In this document: piece by piece, positions 1 through 13,749 of the stretch
Position numbering within the stretch: position 1 is the stretch's first letter
Layout: every line of letters starts with the position of its first letter
From: the human T2T-CHM13v2.0 reference genome, Homo sapiens
Assembly: GCF_009914755.1 (NCBI RefSeq)
Contig: NC_060936.1
Direction: 5' to 3' (one strand)
DNA length: 64,000 bases
The notes under the pieces: generated by a model
The model's input: only the letters and a program-made list of their open reading frames with translations
What the model was told of the DNA's origin: nothing
The model's database searches: none
Position numbers and translations under genes: made by a program

Positions 1-161
1 CTACCTTTGGTCTCAAAGCGATTGAAATCTCCACATGGAAACTCCACAAAAAGAGTGTTTCAAATCTGCTCTTTCTGAAGGAAGGTTCAACTCTGTGAGT
101 TGAATACACACATCACAAATAAGTTAATGAGAATTCTTCTGTGTAACATTATATGAGGAAA

Positions 162-178
162 TCCCGTTTCCAACGAAG
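162..178 (-). promoter_or_regulatory. CENP-B box (first of roughly 188, one per dimer)
   Basis: The + strand tcccgtttccaacgaag is the reverse complement of CTTCGTTGGAAACGGGA, an exact match to the 17-bp consensus YTTCGTTGGAARCGGGA. It recurs at 502, 842, 1181, 1521 and so on up to 63651, with a partial copy at 63991. Confidence 0.98.
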
Positions 179-1520
179 GCCTCAAAGAGGTCCAAATATC
201 CACATGCAGACTTTACAAAGACAGTGTCTCCAAACTCCTCCATCAAAAGAAAGGTTATACTCTGTGAATTGAACGCACACATCACAAAGTAGTTTCTGAG
301 AATGATTCTGTCTAGTTTTTATACGAAGATATTTCCTTTTCTACATTTGGCCTAAAAGCGCTTGAAATCTCCACCTGCAAATATCACAAAAAGAGGGTTT
401 CACATCTGCTCTGTCTAAAGGACAGTTCACCTCTGTGAGTTGAATAGAGGCAACACAATGAACTTACTCAGTATTCTTCTTTCTAGCGTTCTATGAAGAA
501 ATCCCGTTTCCAACGAAGGCCTCAATGAGGTCCAAATATCTGCTTGCAGACTTTACAGACAGAGTGTTTCCAAACTACTCTATGAAAAGAAAGCTTAAAC
601 TCCTTGAGTTGAACGCACACATCACAAAGTAGTTTCTGAGAATGATTCTGTCTAGTTTTTATACGAAGATGTTTCCTTTTCTACATTTGGTCTCAAAGCG
701 ATTGAAATCTCCAACTGGAAACTGCACAAATAGGGTGTTTCAAATCTGCTCTGTCTAAAGGAAGGTTCAACTCTGTGAGTTGAATACACACACCACAAAT
801 AAGTTACTGAGAATTCTTCTGTCGAACATTACTTGAAGAAATCCCGTTTCCAACGAAGGCCTCAAAGAGGTCCAAATATCCACTTGCAGACATTACAAAC
901 AGAGTGTTTCCAAACTGCTCCATCAAAAGAAAGGTTAAACTCTGTGAGCTGAACACACACATCAAAAAGAAGTTTCTGTGAATGATTCTGTCTGGATTTT
1001 ATAAGAAGATGTTTCCTTTTCTACCGTAGGCCTCAAAGCGCTTGAAATCTCCAGCTGCAAATTCCACAAAAAGGGTGTTTAACATCTGCTCTTCTAAAGG
1101 AAAGTTCAACTCTATGCGTTGAATACACACAGCACAAAGAAGTTACTGAGACTTCTCCTATCAAACATTATATGAAGAAATCCCGTTTCCAACGAAGGCC
1201 TCAAAGAGGTCCAAATATCTGCTTGCAGACTTTACAGACAGAGTGTTTCCAAACTGCTCCATCAAAAGAAAGGTTAAACTCCTTGAGTTGAACACACACA
1301 TCACAAAGTAGTTTCTGTGAATGATTCTGTCTAGTTTTTATACGAAGATGTTTCCTTTTCTACCTTTGGTCTCAAAGCGATTGAAATCTCCACATGGAAA
1401 CTCCACAAAAAGAGTGTTTCAAATCTGCTCTTTCTGAAGGAAGGTTCAACTCTGTGAGTTGAATACACACATCACAAATAAGTTAATGAGAATTCTTCTG
1501 TGTAACATTATATGAGCAAA
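162..1520 (-). repeat. Representative canonical 8-mer HOR unit (1359 bp; dimers A 162-501, B 502-841, C 842-1180, D 1181-1520)
   Basis: Diagnostic motifs: A gaatagaggcaacac and ggttatactctgtgaattg; B aagctt and ccaactggaaactgc; C gagctgaac and ccagctgcaaattcc; D ccacatggaaactcc and gtgtaacattatatgagg. The same order recurs at 1521, 2880 and onward with a 1359-bp period. Confidence 0.97.
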
Positions 1521-2879
1521 TCCCGTTTCCAACGAAGGCCTCAAAGAGGTCCAAATATCCACATGCAGACTTTACAAAGACAGTGTCTCCAAACTCCTCC
1601 ATCAAAAGAAAGGTTATACTCTGTGAATTGAACGCACACATCACAAAGTAGTTTCTGAGAATGATTCTGTCTAGTTTTTATACGAAGATATTTCCTTTTC
1701 TACATTTGGCCTAAAAGCGCTTGAAATCTCCACCTGCAAATATCACAAAAAGAGGGTTTCACATCTGCTCTGTCTAAAGGACAGTTCACCTCTGTGAGTT
1801 GAATAGAGGCAACACAATGAACTTACTCAGTATTCTTCTTTCTAGCATTCTATGAAGAAATCCCGTTTCCAACGAAGGCCTCAATGAGGTCCAAATATCT
1901 GCTTGCAGACTTTACAGACAGAGTGTTTCCAAACTACTCTATGAAAAGAAAGCTTAAACTCCTTGAGTTGAACGCACACATCACAAAGTAGTTTCTGAGA
2001 ATGATTCTGTCTAGTTTTTATACGAAGATGTTTCCTTTTCTACATTTGGTCTCAAAGCGATTGAAATCTCCAACTGGAAACTGCACAAATAGGGTGTTTC
2101 AAATCTGCTCTGTCTAAAGGAAGGTTCAACTCTGTGAGTTGAATACACACACCACACATAAGTTACTGAGAATTCTTCTGTCGAACATTACAGGAGGAAA
2201 TCCCGTTTCCAACGAAGGCCTCAAATAGGTCCAAATATCCACTTGCAGACATTACAAACAGAGTGTTTCCAAACTGCTCCATCAAAAGAAAGGTTAAACT
2301 CTGTGAGCTGAACACACACATCAAAAAGAAGTTTCTGTGAATGATTCTGTCTAGATTTTATAAGAAGATGTTTCCTTTTCTACCGTAGGCCTCAAAGCGC
2401 TTGAAATCTCCAGCTGCAAATTCCACAAAAAGGGTCATTAACATCTGCTCTTCTAAAGGAAAGTTCAACTCTATGAGTTGAATACACACAGCACAAAGAA
2501 GTTACTGAGACTTCTCCTATCAAACATTATATGAAGAAATCCCGTTTCCAACGAAGGCCTCAAAGAGGTCCAAATATCTGCTTGCAGACTTTACAGACAG
2601 AGTGTTTCCAAACTGCTCCATCAAAAGAAAGGATAAACTCCTTGAGTTGAACACACACATCACAAAGTAGTTTCTGTGAATGATTCTGTCTAGTTTTTAT
2701 ACGAAGATGTTTCCTTTTCTACCTTTGGTCTCAAAGCGATTGAAATCTCCACATGGAAACTCCACAAAAAGAGTGTTTCAAATCTGCTCTTTCTGAAGGA
2801 AGGTTCAACTCTGTGAGTTGAATACACACACCACAAATAAGTTACTGAGAATTCTTCTGTGTAACATTATATGAGGAAA

Positions 2880-4577
2880 TCCCGTTTCCAACGAAGGCCA
2901 CAAAGAGGTCCAAATATCCACTTGCAGACTTTACAAAGACAGTGTCTCCAAACTCCTCCATCAAAAGAAAGGTTATACTCTGTGAATTGAACGCACACAT
3001 CACAAAGTAGTTTCTGAGAATGATTCTGTCTAGTTTTTATAAGAAGATATTTCCTTTTCTACATTTGGCCTAAAAGCGCTTGAAATCTCCACCTGCAAAT
3101 ATCACAAAAAGAGGGTTTCACATCTGCTCTGTCTAAAGGACAGTTCACCTCTGTGAGTTGAATAGAGGCAACACAAAGAACTTACTCAGTATTCTTCTTT
3201 CTAGCGTTCTATGAAGAAATCCTGTTTCCAATGAAGACCCCAATGAGGTCCAAATATCTGCTTGCAGACTTTACAGACAGAGTGTTTCCAAACTACTCTA
3301 TGAAAAGAAAGCTTAAACTCCTTGAGTTGAACGCACACATCACCAAGTAGTTTCTGAGAATGATGCTGTCTAGTTTTTGTACGAAGATGTTTCCTTTTCT
3401 ACATTTGGTCTCAAAGCCATTGAAATCTCCAACTGGAAACTGCACAAATAGGGTGTTTCAAATCTGCTCTGTCTAAAGGAAGGTTCAACTCTGTGAGTTG
3501 AATACACACACCATAAATAAGTTACTGAGAATTCTTCTGTCGAACATTACAGGAAGAAATCCCGTTTCCAACGAAGGCCTCAAAGAGGTCCAAATATCCA
3601 CTTGCAGACATTACAAACAGAGTGTTTCCAAACTGCTCCATCAAAAGAAAGGTTAAACTCTGTGAGCTGAACACACACATCAAAAAGAAGTTTCTGTGAA
3701 TGATTCTGTCTAGATTTTATAAGAAGATGTTTCCTTTTCTACCGTAGGCCTCAAAGCGCTTATAATCTCCAGCTGCAAATTCCACAAAAAGGGTGTTTAA
3801 CATCTGCTCTTCTAAAGGAAAGTTCAACTCTATGAGTTGAATACACACAGCACAAAGAAGTTACTGAGACTTCTCCTATCAAACATTATATGAAGAAATC
3901 CCGTTTCCAACGAAGGCCTCAAAGAGGTCCAAATATCCACTTGCAGACATTACAAACAGAGTGTTTCCAAACTGCTCCATCAAAAGAAAGGTTAAACTCT
4001 GTGAGCTGAACACACACATCAAAAAGAAGTTTCTGTGAATGATTCTGTCTAGATTTTGTAAGAAGATGTTTCCTTTTCTACCGTAGGCCTCAAAGCGCTT
4101 GAAATCTCCACCTGCAAATTCCACAAAAAGGGTGTTTTACATCTGCTCTTCTAAAGGAAAGTTCAACTCTATGCGTTGAATACACACAGGACAAAGAAGT
4201 TACTGAGACTTCTCCTATCAAACATTATATGAAGAAATCCCGTTTCCAACGAAGGCCTCAAAGAGGTCCAAATATCTGCTTGCAGACTTTACAGACAGAG
4301 TGTTTCCAAACTGCTCCATCAAAAGAAAGGTTAAACTCCTTGAGTTGAACACACACATCACAAAGTAGTTTTTGTGAATGATTCTGTCTAGTTTTTATAC
4401 GAAGATGTTTCCTTTTCTACCTTTGGTCTCAAAGCGATTGAAATCTCCACTTGGAAACTCCACAAAAAGAGTGTTTCAAATCTGCTCTTTCTGAAGGAAG
4501 GTTCAACTCTGTGAGTTGAATACACACACCACAAATAAGTTACTGAGAATTCTTCTGTGTAACATTATATGAGGAAA
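2880..4577 (-). repeat. 10-mer HOR variant (A-B-C-C-D, duplicated C dimer)
   Basis: Two consecutive C dimers at 3560-3898 and 3899-4237; unit length 1698 bp. Confidence 0.92.
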
Positions 4578-7500
4578 TCCCATTTCCAACGAAGGCCTCA
4601 AAGAGGTCCAAATATCCACTTGCAGACTTTACAAAGACAGTGTCTCCAAACTCCTCCATCAAAAGAAAGGTTATACTCTGTGAATTGAATGCACACATCA
4701 CAAAGTAGTTTCTGAGAATGATTCTGTCTAGTTTTTATACGAAGATATTTCCTTTTCTACATTTGGCCTAAAAGCGCTTGAAATCTCCACCTGCAAATAT
4801 CACAAAAAGAGGGTTTCACATCTGCTCTGTCTAAAGGACAGTTCACCTCTGTGAGTTGAATAGAGGCAACACAAAGAACTTAGTCAGTATTCTTCTTTCT
4901 AGCGTTCTATGAAGAAATCCCGTTTCCAACGAAGGCCCCAATGAGGTCCAAATATCTGCTTGCAGACTTTACAGACAGAGTGTTTCCAAACTACTCTATG
5001 AAAAGAAAGCTTAAACTCCTTGAGTTGAACGCACACATCACAAAGTAGTTTCTGAGAATGATTCTGTCTAGTTTTTATACGAAGATGTTTCCTTTTCTAC
5101 ATTTGGTCTCAAAGCGATTGAAATCTCCAACTGGAAACTGCACAAATAGGGTGTTTCAAATCTGCTCTGTCTAAAGGAAGGTTCAACTCTGTGAGTTGAA
5201 TACACACACCACAAATAAGTTACTGAGAATTCTTCTGTCGAACATTACTTGAAGAAATCCCGTTTCCAACGAAGGCCTCAAAGAGGTCCAAATATCCACT
5301 TGCAGACATTACAAACAGAGTGTTTCCAAACTGCTCCATCAAAAGAAAGGTTAAACTCTGTGAGCTGAACACACACATCAAAAAGAAGTTTCTGTGAATG
5401 ATTCTGTCTGGATTTTATAAGAAGATGTTTCCTTTTTTACCGTAGGCCTCAAAGCGCTTGAAATCTCCAGCTGCAAATTCCACAAAAAGGGTGTTTAACA
5501 TCTGCTCTTCTAAAGGAAAGTTCAACTCTATGCGTTGAATACACACAGCACAAAGAAGTTACTGAGACTTCTCCTATCAAACATTATATGAAGAAATCCC
5601 GTTTCCAACGAAGGCCTCAAAGAGGTCCAAATATCTGCTTGCAGACTTTACAGACAGAGTTTTTCCAAACTGCTCCATCAAAAGAAAGGTTAAACTCCTT
5701 GAGTTGAACACACACATCACAAAGTAGTTTCTGTGAATGATTCTGTCTAGTTTTTATACGAAGATGTTTCCTTTTCGACCTTTGGTCTCAAAGCGATTGA
5801 AATCTCCACATGGAAACACCACAAAAGGAGTGTTTCAAATCTACTCTTTCTGAAGGAAGGTTCAACTCTGTGAGTTGAATACACACACCACAAATAAGTT
5901 ACTGAGAATTCTTCTGTGAAACATTATATGAGGAAATCCCGTTTCCAACGAAGGCCTCAAAGAGGTCCAAATATCCACTTGCAGACTTTACAAAGACAGT
6001 GTCTCCAAACTCCTCCATCAAAAGAAAGGTTATACTCTGTGAATTGAACGCACACATCACAAAGTAGTTTCTGAGAATGATTCTGTCTAGTTTTTATACG
6101 AAGATATTTCCTTTTCTACATTTGGCCTAAAAGCGCTTGAAATCTCCACGTGCAAATATCACAAAAAGAGGGTTTCACACCTGCTCTGTCTAATGGACTG
6201 TTCACCTCTGTGAGTTGAATAGAGGCAACACAAAGAACTTACTCAGTATTCTTCTTTCTAGCGTTCTATGAAGAAATCCCGTTTCCAACGAAGGCCTCAA
6301 AGAGGTCCAAATATCTGCTTGCAGACTTTACAGACAGAGTGTTTCCAAACTACTCTATGAAAAGAAAGCTTAAACTCCTTGAGTTGAACGCACACATCAC
6401 AAAGTAGTTTCTGAGAATGATTCTGTCTAGTTTTTATACAAAGATGTTTCCTTTTCTACATTTGTCTCAAAGCGATTGAAATCTCCAACTGGAACCTGCA
6501 CAAATAGGGTGTTTCAAATCTGCTCTGTCTAAAGGGAGGTTCAACTCTGTGAGTTGAATACACACACCACAAATAAGTTACTGAGAATTCTTCTGTCGAA
6601 CATTACATGAAGAAATCCCGTTTCCAACGAAGGCCTCAAAGAGGTCCAAATATCCACTTGCAGAGATTACAAACAGTGTGTTTCCAAACTGCTCCATCAA
6701 AAGAAAGGTTAAACTCTGTGAGCTGAACCCACACATCAAAAAGAAGTTTCTGTGAATGATTCTGTCTAGATTTTATAAGAAGATGTTTCCTTTTCTACCG
6801 TAGGCCTCAAAGCGCTTGAAATCTCCAGCTGCAAATTCCACAAAAAGGGTGTTTAACATCTGCTCTTCTAAAGGAAAGTTCAACTCTATGAGTTGAATAC
6901 ACACAGCACAAAGAAGTTACTGAGACTTCTCCTATCAAACATTATATGAAGAAATCCCGTTTCCAACGAAGGCCTCAAAGAGGTCCAAATATCTGCTTGC
7001 AGACTTTACAGACAGAGTTTTTCCAAACTGCTCCATCAAAAGAAAGGTTAAACTCCTTGAGTTGAACACACACATCACAAAGTAGTTTCTGTGAATGATT
7101 CTGTCTAGTTTTTATACGAAGATGTTTCCTTTTCTACCTTTGGTCTCAATGCGATTGAAATCTCCACATGGAAACTCCACAAAAAGAGTGTTTCAAATCT
7201 GCTCTTTCTGAAGGAAGGTTCAACTCTGTGAGTTGAATACACACACCACAAATAAGTTACTGAGAATTCTTCTGTGTAACATTATATGAGGAAATCCCGT
7301 TTAGAACGAAGGCCTCAAAGAGGTCCAAATATCCACTTGCAGACTTTACAAAGACAGTGTCTCCAAACTCCGCCATCAAAAGAAAGGTTATACTCTGTGA
7401 ATTAAACGCACACATCACAAAGTAGTTTCTGAGAATGATTCTGTCTAGTTTTTATACGAAGATATTTCCTTTTCTACATTTGGCCTAAAAGCGCTTGAAA

Positions 7501-10012
7501 TCTCCACCTGCAAATATCACAAAAAGAGGGTTTCACATCTGCTCTGTCTAAAGGACAGTTCACCTCTGTGAGTTGAATAGAGGCAACACAAAGAACTTAC
7601 TCAGTATTCTTCTTTCTAGCGTTCTATGAAGAAATCCCGTTTCCAACGAAGGCCCCAAAGAGGTCCAAATATCTGCTTGCAGACTTTACAGACAGAGTGT
7701 TTCCAAAGTACTCTATGAAAAGAAAGCTTAAACTCCTTGAGTTGAACGCACACATCACAAAGTAGTTTCTGAGAATGATTCTGTCTAGTTTTTATACGAA
7801 GATGTTTCCTTTTCTACATTTGGTCTCAAAGCGATTGAAATCTCCAACTGGAAACTGCACAAATAGGGTGTTTCAAATCTGCTCTGTCTAAAGGAAGGTT
7901 CAACTCTGTGAGTTGAATACACACACCACAAATAAGTTACTGAGAATTCTTCTGTCGAACATTACTTGAAGAAATCCCGTTTCCAACGAAGGCCTCAAAG
8001 AGGTCCAAATATCCACTTGCAGACATTACAAACAGAGTGTTTCCAAACTGCTCCATCAAAAGAAAGGTTAAACTCTGTGAGCTGAACACACACATCAAAA
8101 AGAAGTTTCTGTGAATGATTCTGTCTAGATTTTATAAGAAGATGTTTCCTTTTCTACCGTAGGCCTCAAAGCGCTAGAAATCTCCAGCTGCAAATTCCAC
8201 AAAGAGGGTGTTTAACATCTTCTCTTCTAAAGGAAAGTTCAACCCTATGCGTTGAATACACACAGCAGAAAGAAGTTACTGAGATTTCTCCTATCAAACA
8301 TTATATGAAGAAATGCCGTTTCCAACGAAGGCCTCAAAGAGGTCCAAATATCTGCTTGCAGACTTTACAGACAGAGTGTTTCCAAACTCCTCCATCAAAA
8401 GAAAGGTTAAACTCCTTGAGTTGAACACACACATCACAAAGTAGTTTCTGTGAATGATTCTGTCTAGTTTTTATACGAAGATGTTTCCTTTTCTACCTTT
8501 GGTCTCAAAGCGATTGAAATCTCCACATGGAAACTCCACAAAAAGAGTGTTTCAAATCTGCTCTTTCTGAAGGAAGGTTCAACTCTGTGAGTTGAATACA
8601 CACGCCACAAATAAGTTACTGAGAATTCTTCTGTGTAACATTATATGAGGAAATCCCATTTCCAACGAAGGCCTCAAAGAGGTCCCAATATCCACATGCA
8701 GACTTTACAAAGACAGTGTCTCCAAACTCCTCCATCAAAAGAAAGGTTATACTCTGTGAATTGAACGCACACATCACAAAGTAGTTTCTGAGAATGATTC
8801 TGTCTAGTTTTTATACGAAGATATTTCCTTTTCTACATTTGGCCTAAAAGCGCTTGAAATCTCCACCTGCAAATATCACAAAAAGAGGGTTTCACATCTG
8901 CTCTGTCTAAAGGACAGTTCAACTCTGTGAGTTGAATAGAAGCAACACAAAGAACTTACTCAGTATTCTTCTTTCTAGCGTTCTATGAAGAAATCCCGTT
9001 TCCAACGAAGACCCCAATGAGGTCCAAATATCTGCTTGCAGACTTTACAGACAGAGTGTTTCCAAAGTACTCTATGAAAAGAAAGCTTAAACTCCTTGAG
9101 TTGAACGCACACATCACAAAGTAGTTTCTGAGAATGATTCTGTCTAGTTTTTATACGAAGATGTTTCCTTTTCTACATTTGGTCTCAAAGCGATTGAAAT
9201 CTCCAACTGGAAACTGCACAAATAGGGTGTTTCAAATCTGCTCTGTCTAAAGGAAGGTTCAACTCTGTGAGTTGAATACACACAGCACAAATAAGTTACT
9301 GAGAATTCTTCTGTCGAACATTACTTGAAGAAATCCCGTTTCCAACGAAGGCCTCAAAGAGGTCCAAATATCCACTTGCAGACATTACAAACAGAGTGTT
9401 TCCAAACTGCTCCATCAAAAGAAAGGTTAAACTCTGTGAGCTGAACACACACATCAAAAAGAAGTTTCTGTGAATGATTCTGTCTAGATTTTATAAGAAG
9501 ATGTTTCCTTTTCTACCGTAGGCCTCAAAGCGCTTGAAATCTCCAGCTGCAAATTCCACAAAAAGGGTGTTTAACATCTGCTCTTCTAAAGGAAAGTTCA
9601 ACTCTATGCGTTGAATACACACATCACAAAGAAGTTACTGAGACTTCTCCAATCAAACATTATATGAAGAAATCCCGTTTCCAACGAAGGCCTCAAAGAG
9701 GTCCAAATATCTGCTTGCAGACTTTACAGACAGAGTGTTTCCAAACTGCTCCATCAAAAGAAAGGTTAAACTCCTTGAGTTGAACACACACATCACAAAG
9801 TAGTTTCTGTGAATGATTCTGTCCAGTTTTTATACGAAGATGTTTCCTTTTCTACCTTTGGTCTCAAAGCGATTGAAATCTCCACATGGAAACTCCACAA
9901 AAAGAGTGTTTCAAATCTGCTCTTTCTGAAGGAAGGTTCAACTCTGTGAGTTGAATACACACACCACAAATAAGTTACTGAGAATTCTTCTGTGTAACAT
10001 TATATGAGGAAA

Positions 10013-10692
10013 TCCCGTTTCCAACGAAGGCCTCAAAGAGGTCCAAATATCCACTTGCAGACTTTACAAAGACAGTGTCTCCAAACTCCTCCATCAAAAG
10101 AAAGGTTATACTCTGTGAATTGAACGCACACATCACAAAGTAGTTTCTGAGAATGATTCTGTCTAGTTTTTATACGAAGATATTTCCTTTTCTACATTTG
10201 GCCTAAAAGCGCTTGAAATCTCCACCTGCAAATATCACAAAAAGAGGGTTTCACATCTGCTCTGTCTAAAGGACAGTTCACCTCTGTGAGTTGAATAGAG
10301 GCAACACAAAGAACTTACTCAGTATTCTTCTTTCTAGCGTTCTATGAAGAAATCCCGTTTCCAACGAAGGCCCCAAAGAGGTCCAAATATCCGCTTGCAG
10401 ACTTTACAGACAGAGTGTTTCCAAACTGCTCCATCAAAAGAAAGGTTAAACTCCTTGAGTTGAACACACACATCACAAAGTAGTTTCTGTGAATGATTCT
10501 GTCTAGTTTTTATACGAAGATGTTTCCTTTTCTACCTTTGGTCTCAAAGCGATTGAAATCTCCACATGGAAACTCCACAAAAAGAGTGTTTCAAATCTAC
10601 TCTTTCTGAAGGAAGGTTCAACTCTGTGAGTTGAATACACACATCACAAATAAGTTAATGAGAATTCTTCTGTGTAACATTATATGAGGAAA
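10013..10692 (-). repeat. 4-mer HOR variant (A-D, with B and C missing)
   Basis: The A dimer at 10013-10352 is followed directly by D-type sequence (ccacatggaaactcc at ~10562); unit length 680 bp. Confidence 0.9.
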
Positions 10693-12051
10693 TCCCGTTT
10701 CCAACGAAGGCCTCAAAGAGGTCCAAATATCCACATGCAGACTTTACAAAGACAGTGTCTCCAAACTCCTCCATCAAAAGAAAGGTTATACTCTGTGAAT
10801 TGAACGCACACATCACAAAGTAGTTTCTGAGAATGATTCTGTCTAGTTTTTATAAGAAGATATTTCCTTTTCTACATTTGGCCTAAAAGCGCTTGAAATC
10901 TCCACCTGCAAATATCACAAAAAGAGGGTTTCACATCTGCTCTGTCTAAAGGACAGTTCACCTCTGTGAGTTGAATAGAGGCAACACAATGAACTTACTC
11001 AGTATTCTTCTTTCTAGCGTTCTATGAAGAAATCCCGTTTCCAACGAAGGCCTCAATGAGGTCCAAATATCTGCTTGCAGACTTTACAGACAGAGTGTTT
11101 CCAAACTACTCTATGAAAAGAAAGCTTAAACTCCTTGAGTTGAACGCACACATCACAAAGTAGTTTCTGAGAATGATTCTGTCTAGTTTTTATACGAAGA
11201 TGTTTCCTTTTCTACATTTGGTCTCAAAGCGATTGAAATCTCCAACTGGAAACTGCACAAATAGGGTGTTTCAAATCTGCTCTGTCTAAAGGAAGGTTCA
11301 ACTCTGTGAGTTGAATACACACACCACACATAAGTTACTGAGAATTCTTCTGTCGAACATTACAGGAAGAAATCCCGTTTCCAACGAAGGCCTCAAAGAG
11401 GTCCAAATATCCACTTGCAGACATTACAAACAGAGTGTTTCCAAACTGCTCCATCAAAAGAAAGGTTAAACTCTGTGAGCTGAACACACACATCAAAAAG
11501 AAGTTTCTGTGAATGATTCTGTCTAGATTTTATAAGAAGATGTTTCCTTTTCTACCGTAGGCCTCAAAGTGCTTGAAATCTCCAGCTGCAAATTCCACAA
11601 AAAGGGTGTTTAACATCTGCTCTTCTAAAGGAAAGTTCAACTCTATGAGTTGAATACACACAGCACAAAGAAGTTACTGAGACTTCTCCTATCAAACATT
11701 ATATGAAGAAATCCCGTTTCCAACGAAGGCCTCAAAGAGGTCCAAATATCTGCTTGCAGACTTTACAGACAGAGTGTTTCCAAACTGCTCCATCAAAAGA
11801 AAGGATAAACTCCTTGAGTTGAACACACACATCACAAAGTAGTTTCTGTGAATGATTCTGTCTAGTTTTTATACGAAGATGTTTCCTTTTCTACCTTTGG
11901 TCTCAAAGCGATTGAAATCTCCACATGGAAACTCCACAAAAAGAGTGTTTCAAATCTGCTCTTTCTGAAGGAAGGTTCAACTCTGTGAGTTGAATACACA
12001 CACCACAAATAAGTTACTGAGAATTCTTCTGTGTAACATTATATGAGGAAA

Positions 12052-13749
12052 TCCCGTTTCCAACGAAGGCCACAAAGAGGTCCAAATATCCACTTGCAGA
12101 CTTTACAAAGACAGTGTCTCCAAACTCCTCCATCAAAAGAAAGGTTATACTCTGTGAATTGAACGCACACATCACAAAGTAGTTTCTGAGAATGATTCTG
12201 TCTAGTTTTTATAAGAAGATATTTCCTTTTCTACATTTGGCCTAAAAGCGCTTGAAATCTCCACCTGCAAATATCACAAAAAGAGGGTTTCACATCTGCT
12301 CTGTCTAAAGGACAGTTCACCTCTGTGAGTTGAATAGAGGCAACACAAAGAACTTACTCAGTATTCTTCTTTCTAGCGTTCTATGAAGAAATCCCGTTTC
12401 CAATGAAGACCCCAATGAGGTCCAAATATCTGCTTGCAGACTTTACAGACAGAGTGTTTCCAAACTACTCTATGAAAAGAAATCTTAAACTCCTTGAGTT
12501 GAACGCACACATCACCAAGTAGTTTCTGAGAATGATGCTGTCTAGTTTTTGTACGAAGATGTTTCCTTTTCTACATTTGGTCTCAAAGCCATTGAAATCT
12601 CCAACTGGAAACTGCACAAATAGGGTGTTTCAAATCTGCTCTGTCTAAAGGAAGGTTCAACTCTGTGAGTTGAATACACACACCATAAATAAGTTACTGA
12701 GAATTCTTCTGTCGAACATTACAGGAAGAAATCCCGTTTCCAACGAAGGCCTCAAAGAGGTCCAAATATCCACTTGCAGACATTACAAACAGAGTGTTTC
12801 CAAACTGCTCCATCAAAAGAAAGGTTAAACTCTGTGAGCTGAACACACACATCAAAAAGAAGTTTCTGTGAATGATTCTGTCTAGATTTTATAAGAAGAT
12901 GTTTCCTTTTCTACCGTAGGCCTCAAAGCGCTTGTAATCTCCAGCTGCAAATTCCACAAAAAGGGTGTTTAACATCTGCTCTTCTAAAGGAAAGTTCAAC
13001 TCTATGAGTTGAATACACACAGCACAAAGAAGTTACTGAGACTTCTCCTATCAAACATTATATGAAGAAATCCCGTTTCCAACGAAGGCCTCAAAGAGGT
13101 CCAAATATCCACTTGCAGACATTACAAACAGAGTGTTTCCAAACTGCTCCATCAAAAGAAAGGTTAAACTCTGTGAGCTGAACACACACATCAAAAAGAA
13201 GTTTCTGTGAATGATTCTGTCTAGATTTTGTAAGAAGATGTTTCCTTTTCTACCGTAGGCCTCAAAGCGCTTGAAATCTCCACCTGCAAATTCCACAAAA
13301 AGGGTGTTTTACATCTGCTCTTCTAAAGGAAAGTTCAACTCTATGCGTTGAATACACACAGGACAAAGAAGTTACTGAGACTTCTCCTATCAAACATTAT
13401 ATGAAGAAATCCCGTTTCCAACGAAGGCCTCAAAGAGGTCCAAATATCTGCTTGCAGACTTTACAGACAGAGTGTTTCCAATCTGCTCCATCAAAAGAAA
13501 GGTTAAACTCCTTGAGTTGAACACACACATCACAAAGTAGTTTTTGTGAATGATTCTGTCTAGTTTTTATACGAAGATGTTTCCTTTTCTACCTTTGGTC
13601 TCAAAGCGATTGAAATCTCCACTTGGAAACTCCACAAAAAGAGAGTTTCAAATCTGCTCTTTCTGAAGGAAGGTTCAACTCTGTGAGTTGAATACACACA
13701 CCACAAATAAGTTACTGAGAATTCTTCTGTGTAACATTATATGAGGAAA
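12052..13749 (-). repeat. 10-mer HOR variant (A-B-C-C-D), second copy
   Basis: C dimers at 12732 and 13071 carry the same private variants as 2880-4577 (agattttgtaag, gttttacatc, cacaggacaaag). Confidence 0.92.

Noticed and set aside
3879-4124. 81-aa minus-strand ORF, with an identical copy at 13051-13296
   Set aside because: It is a translation of alphoid C-C junction sequence, open only through chance stop-codon loss. The identical copy reflects the 9172-bp duplication, and I recognise no protein family or gene context.
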